Below the pieces are notes generated by a model. The model was not told the origin of the DNA. It saw nothing but the letters and a program-made list of their open reading frames with translations, and did not search any database. Below, in pieces: positions 36,509 to 50,900 of a stretch of DNA of 64,000 bases; the stretch's first letter is position 1; every line of letters begins with the position of its first letter. The position numbers and the translations under genes are program-made. This stretch comes from Schizochytrium sp. TIO01. Taxonomy: Eukaryota; Protista; Bigyra: Labyrinthulomycetes. The stretch is from the NCBI GenBank assembly GCA_004764695.1, contig SMSO01000037.1:2518747-2582746 (forward strand), written 5' to 3'.

Positions 36509-37620
36509 GTGCGTTTGCTTGCAGACAGAGAGACACCGCCAGTCAGTACGGTTCTGCTGTGACTAGCGTTGATATGTAATTGCTTGCTTCTTCAAGAAGT
36601 GCTTGTTGCTCGAGCGATCTCGTCGAGTTAGTTTCGTGTTTGCTTGCCGCCCAACTCGCAAAAGCCGGGAAAGCAGGCCTCCATATTAATACTATGGCCT
36701 TTGCCATCATAAAGTATTTAGTCGCCGAGGCCTATAGGACTCCTACTGTTCCCTCTATCCGGCCTCGCACTGAAAGCGCAGAGAACGACCCCTTTCTTTC
36801 TCTGTCTCTGCCTTCCATCGTCAGTTGTTCAGTTCTCACTTCTTTATCGATGAAACATTTTTACTTTTTCTACTTTTTCGATTTATTATTTTGCCTACCG
36901 TGGAGGACTTTCCCCTCTCAATTCAAGCGCGTCAGACCGCTTGCTTCCAGAAAGGGGTCTTTTTAAATTCAAAGAAATCGCAGTCTTTTCCACGTTCTCT
37001 TCTCGTTCCAACTAGCTTCCCTTTTAACTTAATTTTATGCATAAAACTTTCTCTTTTAAAAAAAAATAATCATTTAAAATAAAATTAAAAACATCAGACT
37101 GGAACTTTAAGCAGAAACCATTCTTCATCCACACAATAAAGATCAGTCTGTCTCGTTCACACAGACAAAGCCAGAGGGTCTGCACGTGGCAAAATACCTC
37201 GCTCGATCCCTCTCTCAGAGCCGCCTCTGCATTAATCGATCAATACTGCGCGCAGCACTCTTCGATCTCGTCTTTGGCCCACGAATAAGATCCCGCCTCC
37301 GAGCGAGCGAGAGCACCTCAATTGAATCAACTTGGAGAGAGCCAACAAAGAAAGAATGCTCTTTTGGCCGCCACCTTTCTTTTATTAGAGCAAGCCGGAA
37401 AGCGAGTTCCTCTTCTTTTCAATTTCTCTTCTCCTCCTCGCTCACAGCCGGAACTTTTGAGTTTCAGCGGGAGACGCCGCGACCTAGTCCCCGTGCGTAA
37501 GCAGGAGCCGCCGCCCTGAGAGACTTTTAGTTTAACTTGCTTTGCGTTCTAACTCTGCCGTTCTTTTCTCTTCTCCGTCACTTTCTCCTTTCGTTTTATT
37601 TTATCTTTCCTGAGTTCGAA

Positions 37621-37843
37621 GTGTTCTTGATGCGTTCCTTTTTAATATATAAAAGTTGAAATAAAATGTAAGTAGCTGCTTTTATTTTGATTTTATTTTT
37701 ATCGGCGAAACTACAGAAGGAACGAGTGGAACACTCCATACAACTGCATGGAGATTCGGGTTTTCTACATTCATCCATCTGTATATTAAATAAAAATATG
37801 TTTTTAAACTAAATAAATGATGTGTTCTACTCTTTTAGAACAC
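37621..37843. promoter_or_regulatory. AT-rich island bracketed by GTGTTCT/AGAACAC motifs (example module)
   Basis: GTGTTCT at 37621 and 37822, AGAACAC at 37837; A/T-run-rich sequence between. Regulatory function is inferred. Confidence 0.5.
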
Positions 37844-39011
37844 AGTTTTATCGAGCACCTTTTATTTTTGTTTCAAGGTCCAAAATGGTGTTTTTAACTT
37901 TCTTTCAAAACGTGGTGCACAACAAGTTCAACAGAACGCGGCTTAGTCCTTACTATCCAACCCCTACGGATTGGCCGTTCTTTTTCTGCTGCGAACTGAA
38001 AATTCCATGCATGTATGCATGCATGTGCAATTTAAAAAATATATATATTTATATTAAAAACATGTTTTAATCACTCAAATACATATAAGTAGATATGAAG
38101 AATCCATGCATCAATACCCCGTTCTTTCCTCCGTACGATAGAAAGAACATCCATCACCTCTTCTTTCATTTTTCTTTCTCAAGGCCAAAAACAAGAAGCC
38201 TCCTCACTCCATGAAGAGGCAGATGACGCAGCTCACCTGTCGCCCTCCCTAGGATTTACCCTAACAGAGCCCTAGACAAGCGCGAGCGCGGCTCTTAAGC
38301 GGACTTGACGCGTCGCTGCTCGGAGCGAGCTCGGGCGCTCCTCCTTCTTTCTGCCCGTCTTTCTTGGGTCTGTCCCGTTTGCTTTCTTTCTTTCGATGAG
38401 CGGGAGAGAAAGGCCCGGCTGCGAGGAGGGAGGGCGGCCTGAAGGCTCAGGCAGGCACGGTTTCTGCAACGCGGCCGACGCCTTTCCAGTGCAGCCGTTG
38501 GCCAGACAGAAAGAAGAAGAAGAAGAAGAAGAAGAAGAGTTATTTCCGCGTCACAGGCGAAAGCTCTAAAGAAGCAGAGGCGCCGTTCTATCTATCTATC
38601 TATCTATCTGTCTGTGTACCTGCCTTTGTTTTTTTTGTTCTTGTTCTTGTTTAGAAGAACAAAGCATCTGCGCGTTGATTGACTGCTTTCATTTCAATTG
38701 ATCGTGTTCTATTACCTTGTTTCGAAGCCCGTTCCTTTTGGCTTTGAAAGAAGAAGGAATAACCGCTGTGGAAACTAAATGAATCAATGAAATGAAATGC
38801 AATGAAATGAAAAAATCTAAGAAGGGTTGCTGATTACAGGTAAATAAATGAACGTAAATATGATTGATTGAGTGGGAAAACTCTTTTTGGCTCACCGCTG
38901 CGAGACGGGGTTTAAGCGTAGGTCTTGGCGCGCTGGGTGGATGAAAGGGAGACCGTGGACGGCTTTCTTTGAGCTGGCGGCCAGCCACCCAGCCAGCGAA
39001 TCAATCAATCG

Positions 39012-39043
<32 letters not shown>

Positions 39044-40322
39044 GCCAGCCACCCAGCCAGCCAGCCCTCAGAGAGAAAGGAATCAATTACCTGGCCAACC
39101 CTCTCGATACTAGCGATTTATGTACGATGTATGCCACGGTAACTGGAGACCACGAGCGAAAAAGAATCTTCTTCTTCTCCTTCTCCTTACTTGCATGTTT
39201 CATCTCTGTGTTTCTGGCCGGCAATTGTCCCTTCGAGGTTGTTCAGTTCACCTGAAGAGTACGCACCACTAGGTTTGCTGCTACCTACTTCTAACGCTGT
39301 TTTAAAAAAATAAAAAAAAAAAACTCTTCAAAGTTTTGTTCTTATACTACTTTGAAACAACATGGAGGAAAAATAATTAAATCAAATAATACCATTGTGA
39401 TTGATGTTGGCGGGCGTTCCTTTAGGGCGTGGCGTTCTTTTCGTCTTGGCGAGAAAGGAAAAGGAGAAAAAACTAAATTGTTTTGAACTTCGTTCTTCCG
39501 TCATCAACTGTGAATCGTGATTGGTCAGCCAACAGCAGAAGCCAAAAAGCTGTTGCTGCTTGTGAAGTACCCACCCCCTGGCGTTCTTTCTTTCCTTCTT
39601 TCTTTCTTTCCTGCCACGACGGCTGTTCAAAGCAAGCACGAAGAGAAAGAAAACGAAAAGCTCCGGCAAAGCGACGCGAGAAGAGCCACAGTGAAGGAAT
39701 GAGAGGGTCTCCTGGTGCCTTATTGTGGACCGCCCTTCCTCTATGATAAGCCGCAGCGAGGTGGGTAGATAGGTACGCGCCAGCTACGGTTCCCGCTAGG
39801 GGCGCTTAGGCGGGGTGGCTGGCCTTTGGAGAACAGGAAACCCCGTTCCAAAGAAGGAAAACTAAAAAAAGAACGGAAAAGCAGAAGAATCGCCCAATCT
39901 CGAGCTAAGATGGACCTTGTCCTGTTTGTTTGTCGAGTGAGTGAGATCTGGCGATCGCTCGCTGCTTTCGCCTCTGCGAGCGAAGGGTGCAGTAGCCCAC
40001 TCACTTCGGCCCGTCCCTCGCTCACTCAAGCCGCTCAGCCGTGTTCAGGACCAAGCGCCCAGCTCTGGAGCACCCAGGAGGCAGCACGTGGTCGAGGCTG
40101 CTCGCTGTGCAGATTTATCTTCTTATTCTCCTCTGCTTTTGCCCTATTCGGCTTTCCAACGCGTGCTTCGCCGACTTTTTCTTTTCTTGTGAAGAGATAG
40201 AAGAGGTATGTACTTAAGACTATGGTTCATCAGGGATTTCTTTTTCCTGAGAGAATTTTTGGAGACGTAGTGGCAATATGGCTGTTCTCATGAGAATGGA
40301 ACACCTCTGGCAGAAGACTTTC

Positions 40323-40323
<1 letters not shown>

Positions 40324-40377
<54 letters not shown>

Positions 40378-40378
40378 T
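40324..40378. repeat. (TTTC)n microsatellite
   Basis: About 13 units. Confidence 0.95.
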
Positions 40379-40404
40379 TTCTTTTCGTTCATACAAGGTA
40401 CTGG

Positions 40405-40646
40405 GTGTTCTACCAGAGGTTATCTTTGAGGCGAAAGAGAACACATTAACGCTCATTTATGTACGACTGCCATCTCCACAATTCTTATCTCTAAAGCAAA
40501 AAATATTGCTATTACTTTTAATTTTAATTCCATACTTTTTACATTAAATAATAATAATAATAAATAAGTCATGCTTTCAAGCTGCTTTTGTACAATGAAA
40601 AGAAAAAACCTTCTTTAAATTGAAGAAACGCGCTTGAAAGTGTTCT
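40405..40646. promoter_or_regulatory. AT-rich island bracketed by AGAACAC/GTGTTCT motifs (example module)
   Basis: Motifs at 40405, 40438 and 40640 around an AT island at ~40480-40620. Confidence 0.5.
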
Positions 40647-43600
40647 TTGAGCGTGTGTTCCACTTTCCCTGACCTGTGGCAGGAATTAGTGACACAAGTT
40701 GGCTTCCCATCACTGTGCAGCACCGCATTTGACGTTCCCATAAGCAAGCAGCCGCCTACCTACTGGGGCCTGGTGCCGCGCACAGGCACGTCGAGGTCCA
40801 GAAACTAACGGCAAGCCGAGCCAATCCAGGCAAACCTGCGTTTCAAAGCGGACTCGAGTCGAGTCGAGTCGAGTCAATCAACAGCCAATCAATCTCAGTA
40901 TTTACAAATCTCCTTCTTTTATTATATTTATCATTACCATGATATTTTCAATTAAAAATTAATAATAATAATTGAACAGGAAAAAAAGGAGAAAAGAACG
41001 AAAGAGAGAGCTTCCTGCTCTCGTGTTATATTCGGTTGATGATGTGATAAACTCTACTGAGGTGAGGTACTTGTGGTAGCAGTATATGTATGTATGAGTA
41101 AGTAAGTATGTATGCCTGCTGACGTCTTGCTCCTGTCTCTTCACTTCTGCTGCTTTCTGTTGGATCCTCTTTCCTTCGACTCTGCACACGATAAAGTTTA
41201 AGTCTATTCTAAATTACAAAATAGAATATAGTAGAGCATGAAATCCATCACCCCAATTACGACTAGGACTTGGTACGCAAGGTCTCTTTGCTTCTTCCCT
41301 TCGTCGAGGGTTTCTTCCTTTCGTTCTCCAACTTCAAGTCCATTCTCCAACCCGTCGATCTCAAACCTGCTCAGAAAAAGGCAGCCGCAAGAGCAATGAA
41401 ACCAGCAAAACAAATGTACGCACTCACGGCTACAGCCTATTAGGAACCTCGCTATCGATCACTCTCAACGTCTCCTCTGCTTACTGTACCAAGGTCTGCA
41501 TTGAACGAGGAGCTGTTCTCTCTTGGGCAGTCAAATGAAAACGAAACAGTCCAACTTTAGGCAGGCACAAAGAAAGCCCTCATATGGGCACCGCACCGCG
41601 CAGAAGACCTTCAGACTGTTCGCTGCCAGACAGCGCAAATGGCTCACTGGGTGTCTGACTGACTAAGCGGCTGGCTGAGCGTCTGTCTCCAGGCCGCGTC
41701 TCGCACCCGCCGCGCAGGTCCAAACTGCGAGAGAAGAGCCCAACGCTTGGAACGCGACGAAACGAATGAGCGTGGCTAGAAACAGAACGAACCAGCCTAG
41801 TAGTCCTCGCTAGGAAGACACACCCTAGGCTACCGTAGGGGTACTAGATTTGTACTACCAAGGTGGTAGTCCCCATGTCTTGAGCAAAGCACACACCCAC
41901 GCGCTCGCACCACTCACAGAGAGACAGAGACAGAGACTGGGCGTGCAATTTTGATCGATGGCTCAGTACGGTCTCGTGGCAAAGAAGCGCCACCTTTGAT
42001 CAGTGTGAGAGAAGAGCAGCAGAGAGCTTGCTCGGCGAGGGACAGGAAAGAGAACTCTTGAGCCGCTTCGATTGAAACTGCGCCATGGTTTCCTTCCGTT
42101 TCCAGTTCGCTCTCGCAAGTGTCGTTGACCTGTGTGAACCCGATTCTCTCTCCTTTTCGCCAAAACCTTTAATACCACGACGCTATTTATTATTGGTCTC
42201 TGTTTCTTCGTTCGTAAAGTTATAAAAGGCCCTCTTCTTTTTAGAACACTCTCCATGGACCATTTTATCTATTTGTTTGTTTGTTTGTTTGTTTGTTTAA
42301 TTCTTTCTTTCACTTCTGTAAAATTAAAATATTAGAAATAAGGTTGTGGTATTCAAACGTCTCAACAACAGCCAAGAGCCTAGAGAGGGCACCTGGGTGA
42401 TCATGAGAAACAACAATATTTCTCGCTGCTCCCAGAGAAGACCCCTCGTATGCGTCTAGCTTGCACCCCGTGCCATTTTCGAGGCAGACAGTATTAAGTG
42501 ATGGCTTTCACTTGAGTTTTCACCCAAATCAAAAGACTTTAACTCAGTGCCCGTGACTATTTAGTGAGAGGGCAGAAAGAAGAGACCGTTTTTATTCAAC
42601 TTCGCGATGAAAGCACTTTCTTCTTTGGACACGCGGCATTAATGAACAGATCTTCGATTTCAATTCTTCTTCTTTTCTTTACTCATTACCTAATTCTACG
42701 TATATTATTCATCGAGCTTTCGAACTGTGTCTTCACCCTTTGGCTCGAAGTGTAGCCAACGTTTGGCTCGAAGCTGCAGCTTCTTTCACCTCCTTGTTCC
42801 GCAATTTCAATTCGAGCATTTCACCTGTCCCACTTTGGGACCAATTCGCTAAGATCAGGTAGCAGCGCCTACCTACCTACCTACCTGCCTTCTACCACCA
42901 AGTAGTACTGGCACAAAAGAAAAGCGCCTCAGCTTTTCTCCTGCGCGGAGGATTAGACTGGTCTGATCAGTGCCACGGGCAGACAAGTCGCATCTTTCTT
43001 CGCGATCACAACGACAGCCCAATCAATCTTTATTTATTTATTTATTCGCTTCGACGGCTTTGGCCCTCGCTATCTGCGATCTGTCAAGGTTTGGACTTGA
43101 AATCCGAGCTTAGAAACGAGCAACTTTGTACTTCTTCCTGCGCTCCCAAAAGTGCCTTTTCCTAGCGGACCGGACCGTGGTTACTTTCCTTACTAACACC
43201 AGCTAGCTAGTTTGATAGAATCCTCTTTCAATTATTTGAAAAAAAAAAGAAAAAAAAGAAAAAAAAAGAGGGGGGGAATATACCTAAACTTGTAATTCAT
43301 TTTATTACTTTATCTTAAAATAAAAGTATATAATAATTCATAACAAACATAGTTTTGATTGAAAACGATTCTAGCTAGTACCTACCCACCTCTGTTCACG
43401 CACTTTCTTGTGAGAGAGCCGTCTTGATATCCTGCTCAGACTCACATGACGCGTTTTCTTCGGTTTAGCCGAGCTAAGCACCTTTCACAGCCTCGCCTGA
43501 ACACAGACCGGCCGGTGCCACGAAGCGCCGCTTTGTCTTTTGGCCGCCTTCTTCTCTTCTCTTCTCTTCGCTTTGCTTAGACAGACAGACAGACAGCCAG

Positions 43601-46600
43601 ACAGACAGCTGATCGGTCGCTCACTTCGTTAGTTGTTACCTACCTCGGTTCTCCACCATTACAATGGCTGCAGGGGCCCTTACCGTCATGAGTTGGGTTT
43701 GAGTGTAAGATTTCGAGCTCATTACGCCAAACTTTCTTCGGTTGGCGAGAGATACTGAACAGCTCGAGCCTTACTTGAAGCAAGCGAAACCTCGAGCTGT
43801 TTGCATATCTGTGTCTCCATGCTTCGATGTATGTGTCTACTACCTACGCGCTTGCGAGCATGCATGCATGCCTGTATGTATGTATATATATACATACATT
43901 CGCATTTGTTTATGCATGTACCTGTAGGTGTGTGAACGTATGCATGAGCGTGGAAATGCGTGGCATTTCCACGTTTCGAACGAACTTGTGACCTTTGCTG
44001 CCACCACAACGAATGTGCCTTTCACTGTGCCTCCAAGTATGTACGTGGGTGCCTCTCCCTTTGTCTTTGGCCCTTAGGCTCAGACTGACTTGAGGGTCCA
44101 AACCACTGCGAAGCGCCATCCATCGTCTTTTAGAAGTTACCTCGTTGAAGAACCTAAGTAACGACGAGCTCGTAGAAAGAAAGGGAAAATGCGCGTACGT
44201 ATGCGCCCTTATGGCCGGCCATCCTAGCGGCAGCTACGCCTCGCGGTAAGAGAAGAGAGCAGCTCCACGATTGAAATTCACCGGAAAGGCATTTCACCCG
44301 CTGTCTCGAAATGGGATCGCAGCCAAACAAAGGAAGAAATTGACTCGAAAGCGGAAAGCAAGCAAAGTTGGCGTTTCGACCCGTTGCTCCCTGCTCCCAA
44401 GGCGCCCGGGAGGTCATTTTGGAGAGGTCATCGGTCGGAAACCCGAAAGGAGAGAACGGCAAGACGGCCAATCGAGTCCGAGTCCGAGTCCGAGTCTGAG
44501 TCGCGCCCTGCTTCGTGCTCTCTCCTTTCTCCTCCCTTTGTCTGCCCATGTGTTTCTTCATCTCTTTCTTTATTTATTACTTCTTTAACAACAACAACTT
44601 ATTTACTCATTTAATTACTTACTTATTTATTTTCGCATTCATCATAAACCTCGCTTTCCCTAAGACCGCTGTGCGCTCCAGTTCAAAACAGAACGACGCG
44701 GGTTTTCGCTTATTCAGGCAACCAAGGCCCACTGAGGGGGTGCCTTTGGGAGGGAAAAGCCATCGACCGCTGTTGAATAGATGGAAGAATCGAAGGAAAG
44801 CGGAAGTTTTTCACGAAGAAGTGGACAAGTAAGAGAAAGCAGATTGTGATGTTTGAGACAGCTCGTTGAAGGAACCCGAGCGAGCGCCTTTTGCGTCCGT
44901 TGAGCACAGCGACACCGGTTTCATGCATGTGTAATTAATAAATAAACTCGCCACGGTCCAGACGCGCTCCAGACTCCCTGCCGTTGGCCGCCCGTCCAGG
45001 CTCCTTCAGAGCTGGAGAGGCGCAAGGAGAGAGGACTGGCTGCCTGCCTGCCTGCCTGTCTTTGCATGCGGGCATCCACAGCTTCGAACATGCCTGAGAC
45101 TCGAAACCCGTACTTCGAAGGATCAGGAAAAGGCGCCCTTTTCCCTTCTTCCTGCTTTCCTTCTTTCTGTCTGATTTGGCACTAACAGCACAATTGAAAC
45201 AAGTCAACAAAACGATCAATTCTTTTTAGTCCTTTTAAATCTTAAGAGAGAGAGAGAGAGAGAGAGTTGCTTCCTGGTAGTATCTACGGCACATCCTAGC
45301 ACCTGCTTACCATAAATGAATTAATAGTCCTACTCCCTCCTCCTTCTACCACTACACAATAGCAAGTCCCATAGGAGTGCCCTAAGAGAAAACCTAGCGA
45401 CAATCTCGCCCTCTTTCGTTGCAGTAATTCAGTAGCCTTTAGTTTCGGCGAATCTTTTGCCTGGATGGATATGGTTCTTGGATCGTTCCATGTTGATGAC
45501 TGCTATCCTAAACCGTAATATGAGATAGGAGTAGGGGTGGCAGTTTGGGACATCGCCTCTGGGTGTGCACCCTGGAGCCGTGTGGCCTGTTTGCAAGTCT
45601 CAGCAGTTATTGGTAGGCGAGGGAAAGGCAGGCTACGGCGAGGAGTTTTCTCCACGCGTACGCTCCTAGTGTATGTAAGCTTGGAGGCTTCGTTCCCAGG
45701 CTCAGCTCATGATGGTTCGCCCCTTTGCGAAGGTACTTTGCTGCTCTGCTGCTCTGCTGCTCTGCTCCTCGTTCCCCCGTCGAAGATGGAAACTTCGAAG
45801 CGGATCCTGGACTATTTGTTGGTTGTTGTACAGCAAAAGCAGCGCGAGTTGTGGACTTCATTGCTCCTGCAGTAGGTAGGGCATCTGTCTATTTGAAACA
45901 CGCTCGAGGGAACAAAAAGAACGCCTGAGCCGCAGCAGCGAGTCCATTTCTGAACGGTGGTGTTCTTGCGGTTACACCCGTTCTCTCACACCCGTTCTCT
46001 CGCACCCTCTCTCTCTCTCTCTCTCTCACTTTCAAATCATAGCTAGGCGCTTCGCTACAGCTCCTCCTCGCTCGGTAGTTCTTCCAAGACCTTCCAGGAG
46101 GTGCCACGTAGTACCAAGTTTAGAGTTCGTGCACTTGGCCGTGAATCGCAGTGGTTTCTGCGCTGCGAGGTGAGAGAACGGGAACGCGCGAGCAGTTTCC
46201 TCGCGTTCTCTCTGTTCCCTCCCTCCCGCCTTTGCAGTTGCTACAAGTTCTTCGAATTGGAACCTCTCTCTGCCTGCCTTCGCCTGCAGCAGAGAGAGGG
46301 AACTTGCTCGCACTTTCGAGTCTTAGCGTTTCGCGCGGCCGACCTCCTACCCAGAGCTCCAGTCAAAATGGAATCGCCGGGCGAGGGAACGGCCTCCTCG
46401 AAGGATACCTCTAGCTAGATATCGCTAGAGCTAGCTAGATAGGCAGATAATAAGAACACAGAGATCAATAGACGCGCTCACTCACTCACTCACTCACTCA
46501 CTCACTCGAGGCCGCATCCAGACAGGAAGGTCGAGAAGAAGCAAGCAAGCGCCAGAGATTCGCAATGGCCAAAGACGCTGCTTACTTGCTTGCTTGCTTG

Positions 46601-46708
46601 CTTGCTTCTTGATTACTTGCACTGGTCTGCGTGACTTCCGCCCCGCAAATCTATCGACATGCCGCCCATTCTATGGCCCTATGGCGACCTACCTCTCAGC
46701 CAACGCAG

Positions 46709-46709
46709 T

Positions 46710-46751
<42 letters not shown>
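46709..46751. repeat. (TTTC)n microsatellite
   Basis: About 10 units. Confidence 0.95.
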
Positions 46752-46752
<1 letters not shown>

Positions 46753-47463
46753 CTCTTCTGTTCCGTTCTGCACCCATGTTGTCACCATTGCAATTGCTTC
46801 TTTGGCCAGAAAGTTGGACGTAAAGGAGTGAAGAAAGAAAGAAGGAAAGAAAGAAAGAAACCAGCATTTGCAATTTCCCAGAGCGGCGGATGTGGTATCC
46901 TATTCCCTGCTTGGGCAACCCTGGCGGTCCAAAAGGTACGGGGACTTGAGCTTTCGCCTGCGTGCTTCTATGCATAGTCCAATTGGATCCCTGAGGCCTC
47001 CCTTTTGGAGGACTCCAGTGTATTGGAACAACCAGCAACATCCAAGTTTTTGCAATAACAGCAGCTATCGATAACTACTCCAATCATAATTAATCATAAT
47101 AGACAGAACACACACACACAGTCTCTTGAAAAAGACAGACAGAGGTGAGTGAGTGAGTGAGTGAGTGAGTGAGATGGAGAGGATGTACCTGGTACATTTA
47201 ACGCCAGCGCTGATGAATCCATCTTGGGCGCGTCTTTCTTTCTTTCTTTCTTGCTTCCTTGCTTGCTCTGCTATGGTTTGCGGTGGCTGCTGCCAGCTTA
47301 TTAGCCACTTCCGGAGTGCTACAGAAGAGAAGAACACGGGAAATGAAATGAGGAATGAAGAATGCAAAGCGATCAGCCAACTTGAAACTTTGGGGTCACC
47401 ACCGTTTGGGAGGGCTTGGAATGGCGACGAACGGACAGGAACAGGGGAAGGAGAGACCTCCTT

Positions 47464-47495
<32 letters not shown>

Positions 47496-47741
47496 AGCAG
47501 CAGGGAGAAGGAGAAATGCAGCGGCGGCGGACTTGAAACCTGCGAAGCTCGAGCGCCTCAACGCGAAGTTGGACTGGCCTGTCCGCCATGATGACTAGTT
47601 ATGATGGTGTGATCGCATCCACTTTCTCCACTCTTCTTGTTCTCTCTCTCTCTGCTTTCTTAATATTAATTAGGGAGGCACCTGCGAGTGGTAAATTGTT
47701 CTCTTGACGAAAGAAAAGAAAGAAAAAGGGAGAAGTTAACA

Positions 47742-47909
47742 AGAACACTCATTCATGATATTTTAATTTTAAAACAATTTTTAAACGTAGCTTTAACTAA
47801 CTATTAGCATGTCTAAAAAATGTGTTTTAATAAATAAGTAAATAAATAAATAAATAAAATGAAAATGAATAGAGGATAAGAAAAAACCTTGATTCCCCGA
47901 AGAGAACAC
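47742..47909. promoter_or_regulatory. AT-rich island bracketed by AGAACAC motifs (example module)
   Basis: AGAACAC at 47742 and 47903 flank an AT island at ~47755-47885. Confidence 0.5.
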
Positions 47910-50900
47910 CAGTTTGGGTTGCGCCGCCTCCTCGGCGAGACGCTAATCCGCCGAGCTTCATGCGGGTGCCCGGATGGAGGGTGCCCGGGGACATCTTAGG
48001 GCGCACACGGTTGCCGCAGACCTTGAAGCTTCTCTGCTGCAGCGCCAGTAAGTGAGTACTATCTAGATAGGTCTGCGATGACGCTTTTGCGAGCTCTGTG
48101 AGAACTGCGTGCTCGCGTGGTGTCCTCCATTTGCCCGAGCGAGCGAGCGAGAGTTCTCTCTCAATCTGATCGAGTCTCGCCGCTTCGAGCCAACCTCGTT
48201 TTGCCCTAACCCAGCAAGACTCCAGCCAGCCTCGAGCGCAGCTTATCCGCGCGGAAACCTGTGCTCGCTGCATCATGGTCTCGAGGAAGGCCAGGCAGTC
48301 TCGAGGTAGTACCGACGTTTAAAGTTCGATACAGTAACGTAACGTTCAGAGATCAATCCCTACCGCGGCTATAAGCACTCCTACCAGGAACCCGAAGCGC
48401 CAAAGGGCGGCATTATAATCAGGGTCTCAGCGAGTTGGGGAGAGAGCTCATCGATAAGCTCATCTAAGCCAATCCAATCCAATCCAATCCAACCCCAGCG
48501 AGCCCTCTTTGCGGGTGACGTTGTCAGCGAGAGCCAGGGCTCTGGACACCCTGCGTGCGTGCAGGCTCCGCTGGCCTGCAGAGCTTTGCCGAGCCGAGCA
48601 GAGCTGAGCTGAGCTGAGCTAGATTCCTTCGGTCCTTTGTGTATGCATTCATTCATCACAGATGGCAAAGAACCCGAATATACTATATACAGAAAGAGAG
48701 AGAGCACTCTCAAAAGCAAGCGAGACGATGGAGATACACGAGCTTTCTCTGCGGTCGCCAGCTTCGAGGCCTCGAGCGATCTCGAGCGGCACAGCGCGAT
48801 CGCGACGGTGCTCTGCCTGGCCACGAGCAGAGGGAGCAAAGGCAGGCCAGCGGCTGGTCCTGCGCCTGCCGCGCTCCGCTTCTTCGATCGACCGCCGCCA
48901 TCAGATCGATGTGCTCTCTCTCTCTCTCTCTCTCTCTCGCTAAATAGCTAGCTAGCTGCGCTGGGACGAACTCGAGGCGCGCCGCGATCGTAGCAGCAGT
49001 GCGCAGAGGCGCTTGGGAGCGGAAAGACGCCTGGGCGGCACGAGAGAAAGGCGGCATGAAAGGCGGTGTTCCGAGCCTTTTGCGCGTGCTTGATTTGGCC
49101 GTGGCCCTGGTCCTTTCAGCGCGCCCGAAGGTCACTCGGGCAGCCATCTTGAACTTGGCAGGATTGATTCAGGGGGCCCCTGGCTAGGCGATACAGTAGC
49201 ACTCGCGAAGGGCGGCATACATTCATTCCATTTGCCAATCAGGCAATCGTTCTCTTCGTGTTCCTGCTCACCAGTCTTTTGGGCGTTCTCGTCTGTGTAT
49301 ATGACATATATGTATAAATGTATCTGTATATATATGTTTATTTTTCATTTTTGGTTTATATTTGTTGATACATGTATAAACAAACGTCTGTCTTCCTTCC
49401 TTCCTTGCAAACAAAAACCTGTGACGTTTATCTTATTAGCTCTTTTAGATTAAAGTTTATGAAATCAGAAATGAATGATGATGTTTTTTTTCAATTTGTA
49501 GATTTTTTCTTTTCGCTTTTTAAGGTTGCACAGAACGGTGTTCTGCTGTTTGTTTTTAAAATAGGTGTTTGTTTAATTGAAGGAGGATTGTTTTTATTTT
49601 ACGGGGTGTTATGGTTCTGCTTGATTCTGGCGAAATAGCCCGAAAAGAACGCTATGATTAAAAATGTTTTGAAATTAAAAATAAATTAAATAGTTTTTAT
49701 TTTTATTTTTTATTTTTAATAAATAAATAAATTTGTGAAAAAGAACACATGTTCTCTTTAAAAAGAAAAGAAAAGAAAAATGAGCTAAAGAACAGATGGA
49801 AAAATGATAGTCATAATAGTCAACGAAGAGTCAGTGGAAGAAAGGAAAGGAATGACAAAGAATTCGGTGTTGGAACGAGAAGAGGCCATAGGCATAGATT
49901 CTCTCCAGTTCCGGCAGACGTCTCATTCCTCATATTTTAACAATAGATTTCATACAACTATAAGTATACAGCGCCTGATGGGCCTTCGCAAGAAACAAAC
50001 AACTTGCATCCTTAGTTAGAAGTGCCTGAAGCCAAACGTCGCGCGTGAGAACGAAAGAACCCATGTTCCCGGCCTGCTCTTGGTGCTACTTTCGCTGCCT
50101 GCTGCCTTCTTCTTCTTGACTTAGTAAGTAAGTGAGTTAGTTACCTACTACTGCGCCAAGTATTCTCATCCTCCTCGCTTCCTCTCATCGAGTCCACGGC
50201 TAGCCTCTCCTCAGAAAGACGTGTGAAAGAAACAGCCATCGATTGATCGATACATAGTCACACAGAAACATAGATAGATTGAGAGAGAGGCCTTCAGAAT
50301 TCTTGGCCACTCTACCAGAGGAGATTGGGAGATTCACTTTTCGGCAGGACTAGCGTATAGGCTATGTGCACGGTAGTGCGCTCCACCTGGGAGAATGGAG
50401 GAGATGAATGCAGGTGATAGGTAGTAGGCGCTGGACTATCTATCTGTGAGTGAGACAGACGTCTGCAGGAAAGAGGAACTGACTGACTGCGGCATCTTCG
50501 AGCTGACCAAGCTATCTATATATCTTGCCGCGTGCGCGGATGCGCCGAGGGTCAGCAGCTGATCTCTTTGCTTATTTATAGCTCCTCTTCTGCTCCAATC
50601 TTACTCGCGCTGGCCGGATGGCTGGATCAGCGCCGTCCACCCACATTCAGGATTCATGAGGCATGAGAAATCAGGATGAAAGTGCTACTTCTGCTCTAAA
50701 GTGCCTATCCATATAGAGATAGATGGAGCTGGAGAGAAGTAGATAGCCTTTCCCTCTCCTCGTTCTCGTGTGGTTTCAAAGTAAATAAACTCACTCCTTC
50801 AATCACTCACGAACTCATTCACTCATTCACTCATTCACTCAATGAATCAATGAACCAATCGCTATGAAGTTCGCTCAGGTTTAAAGGGAGAGTGAGAGAT

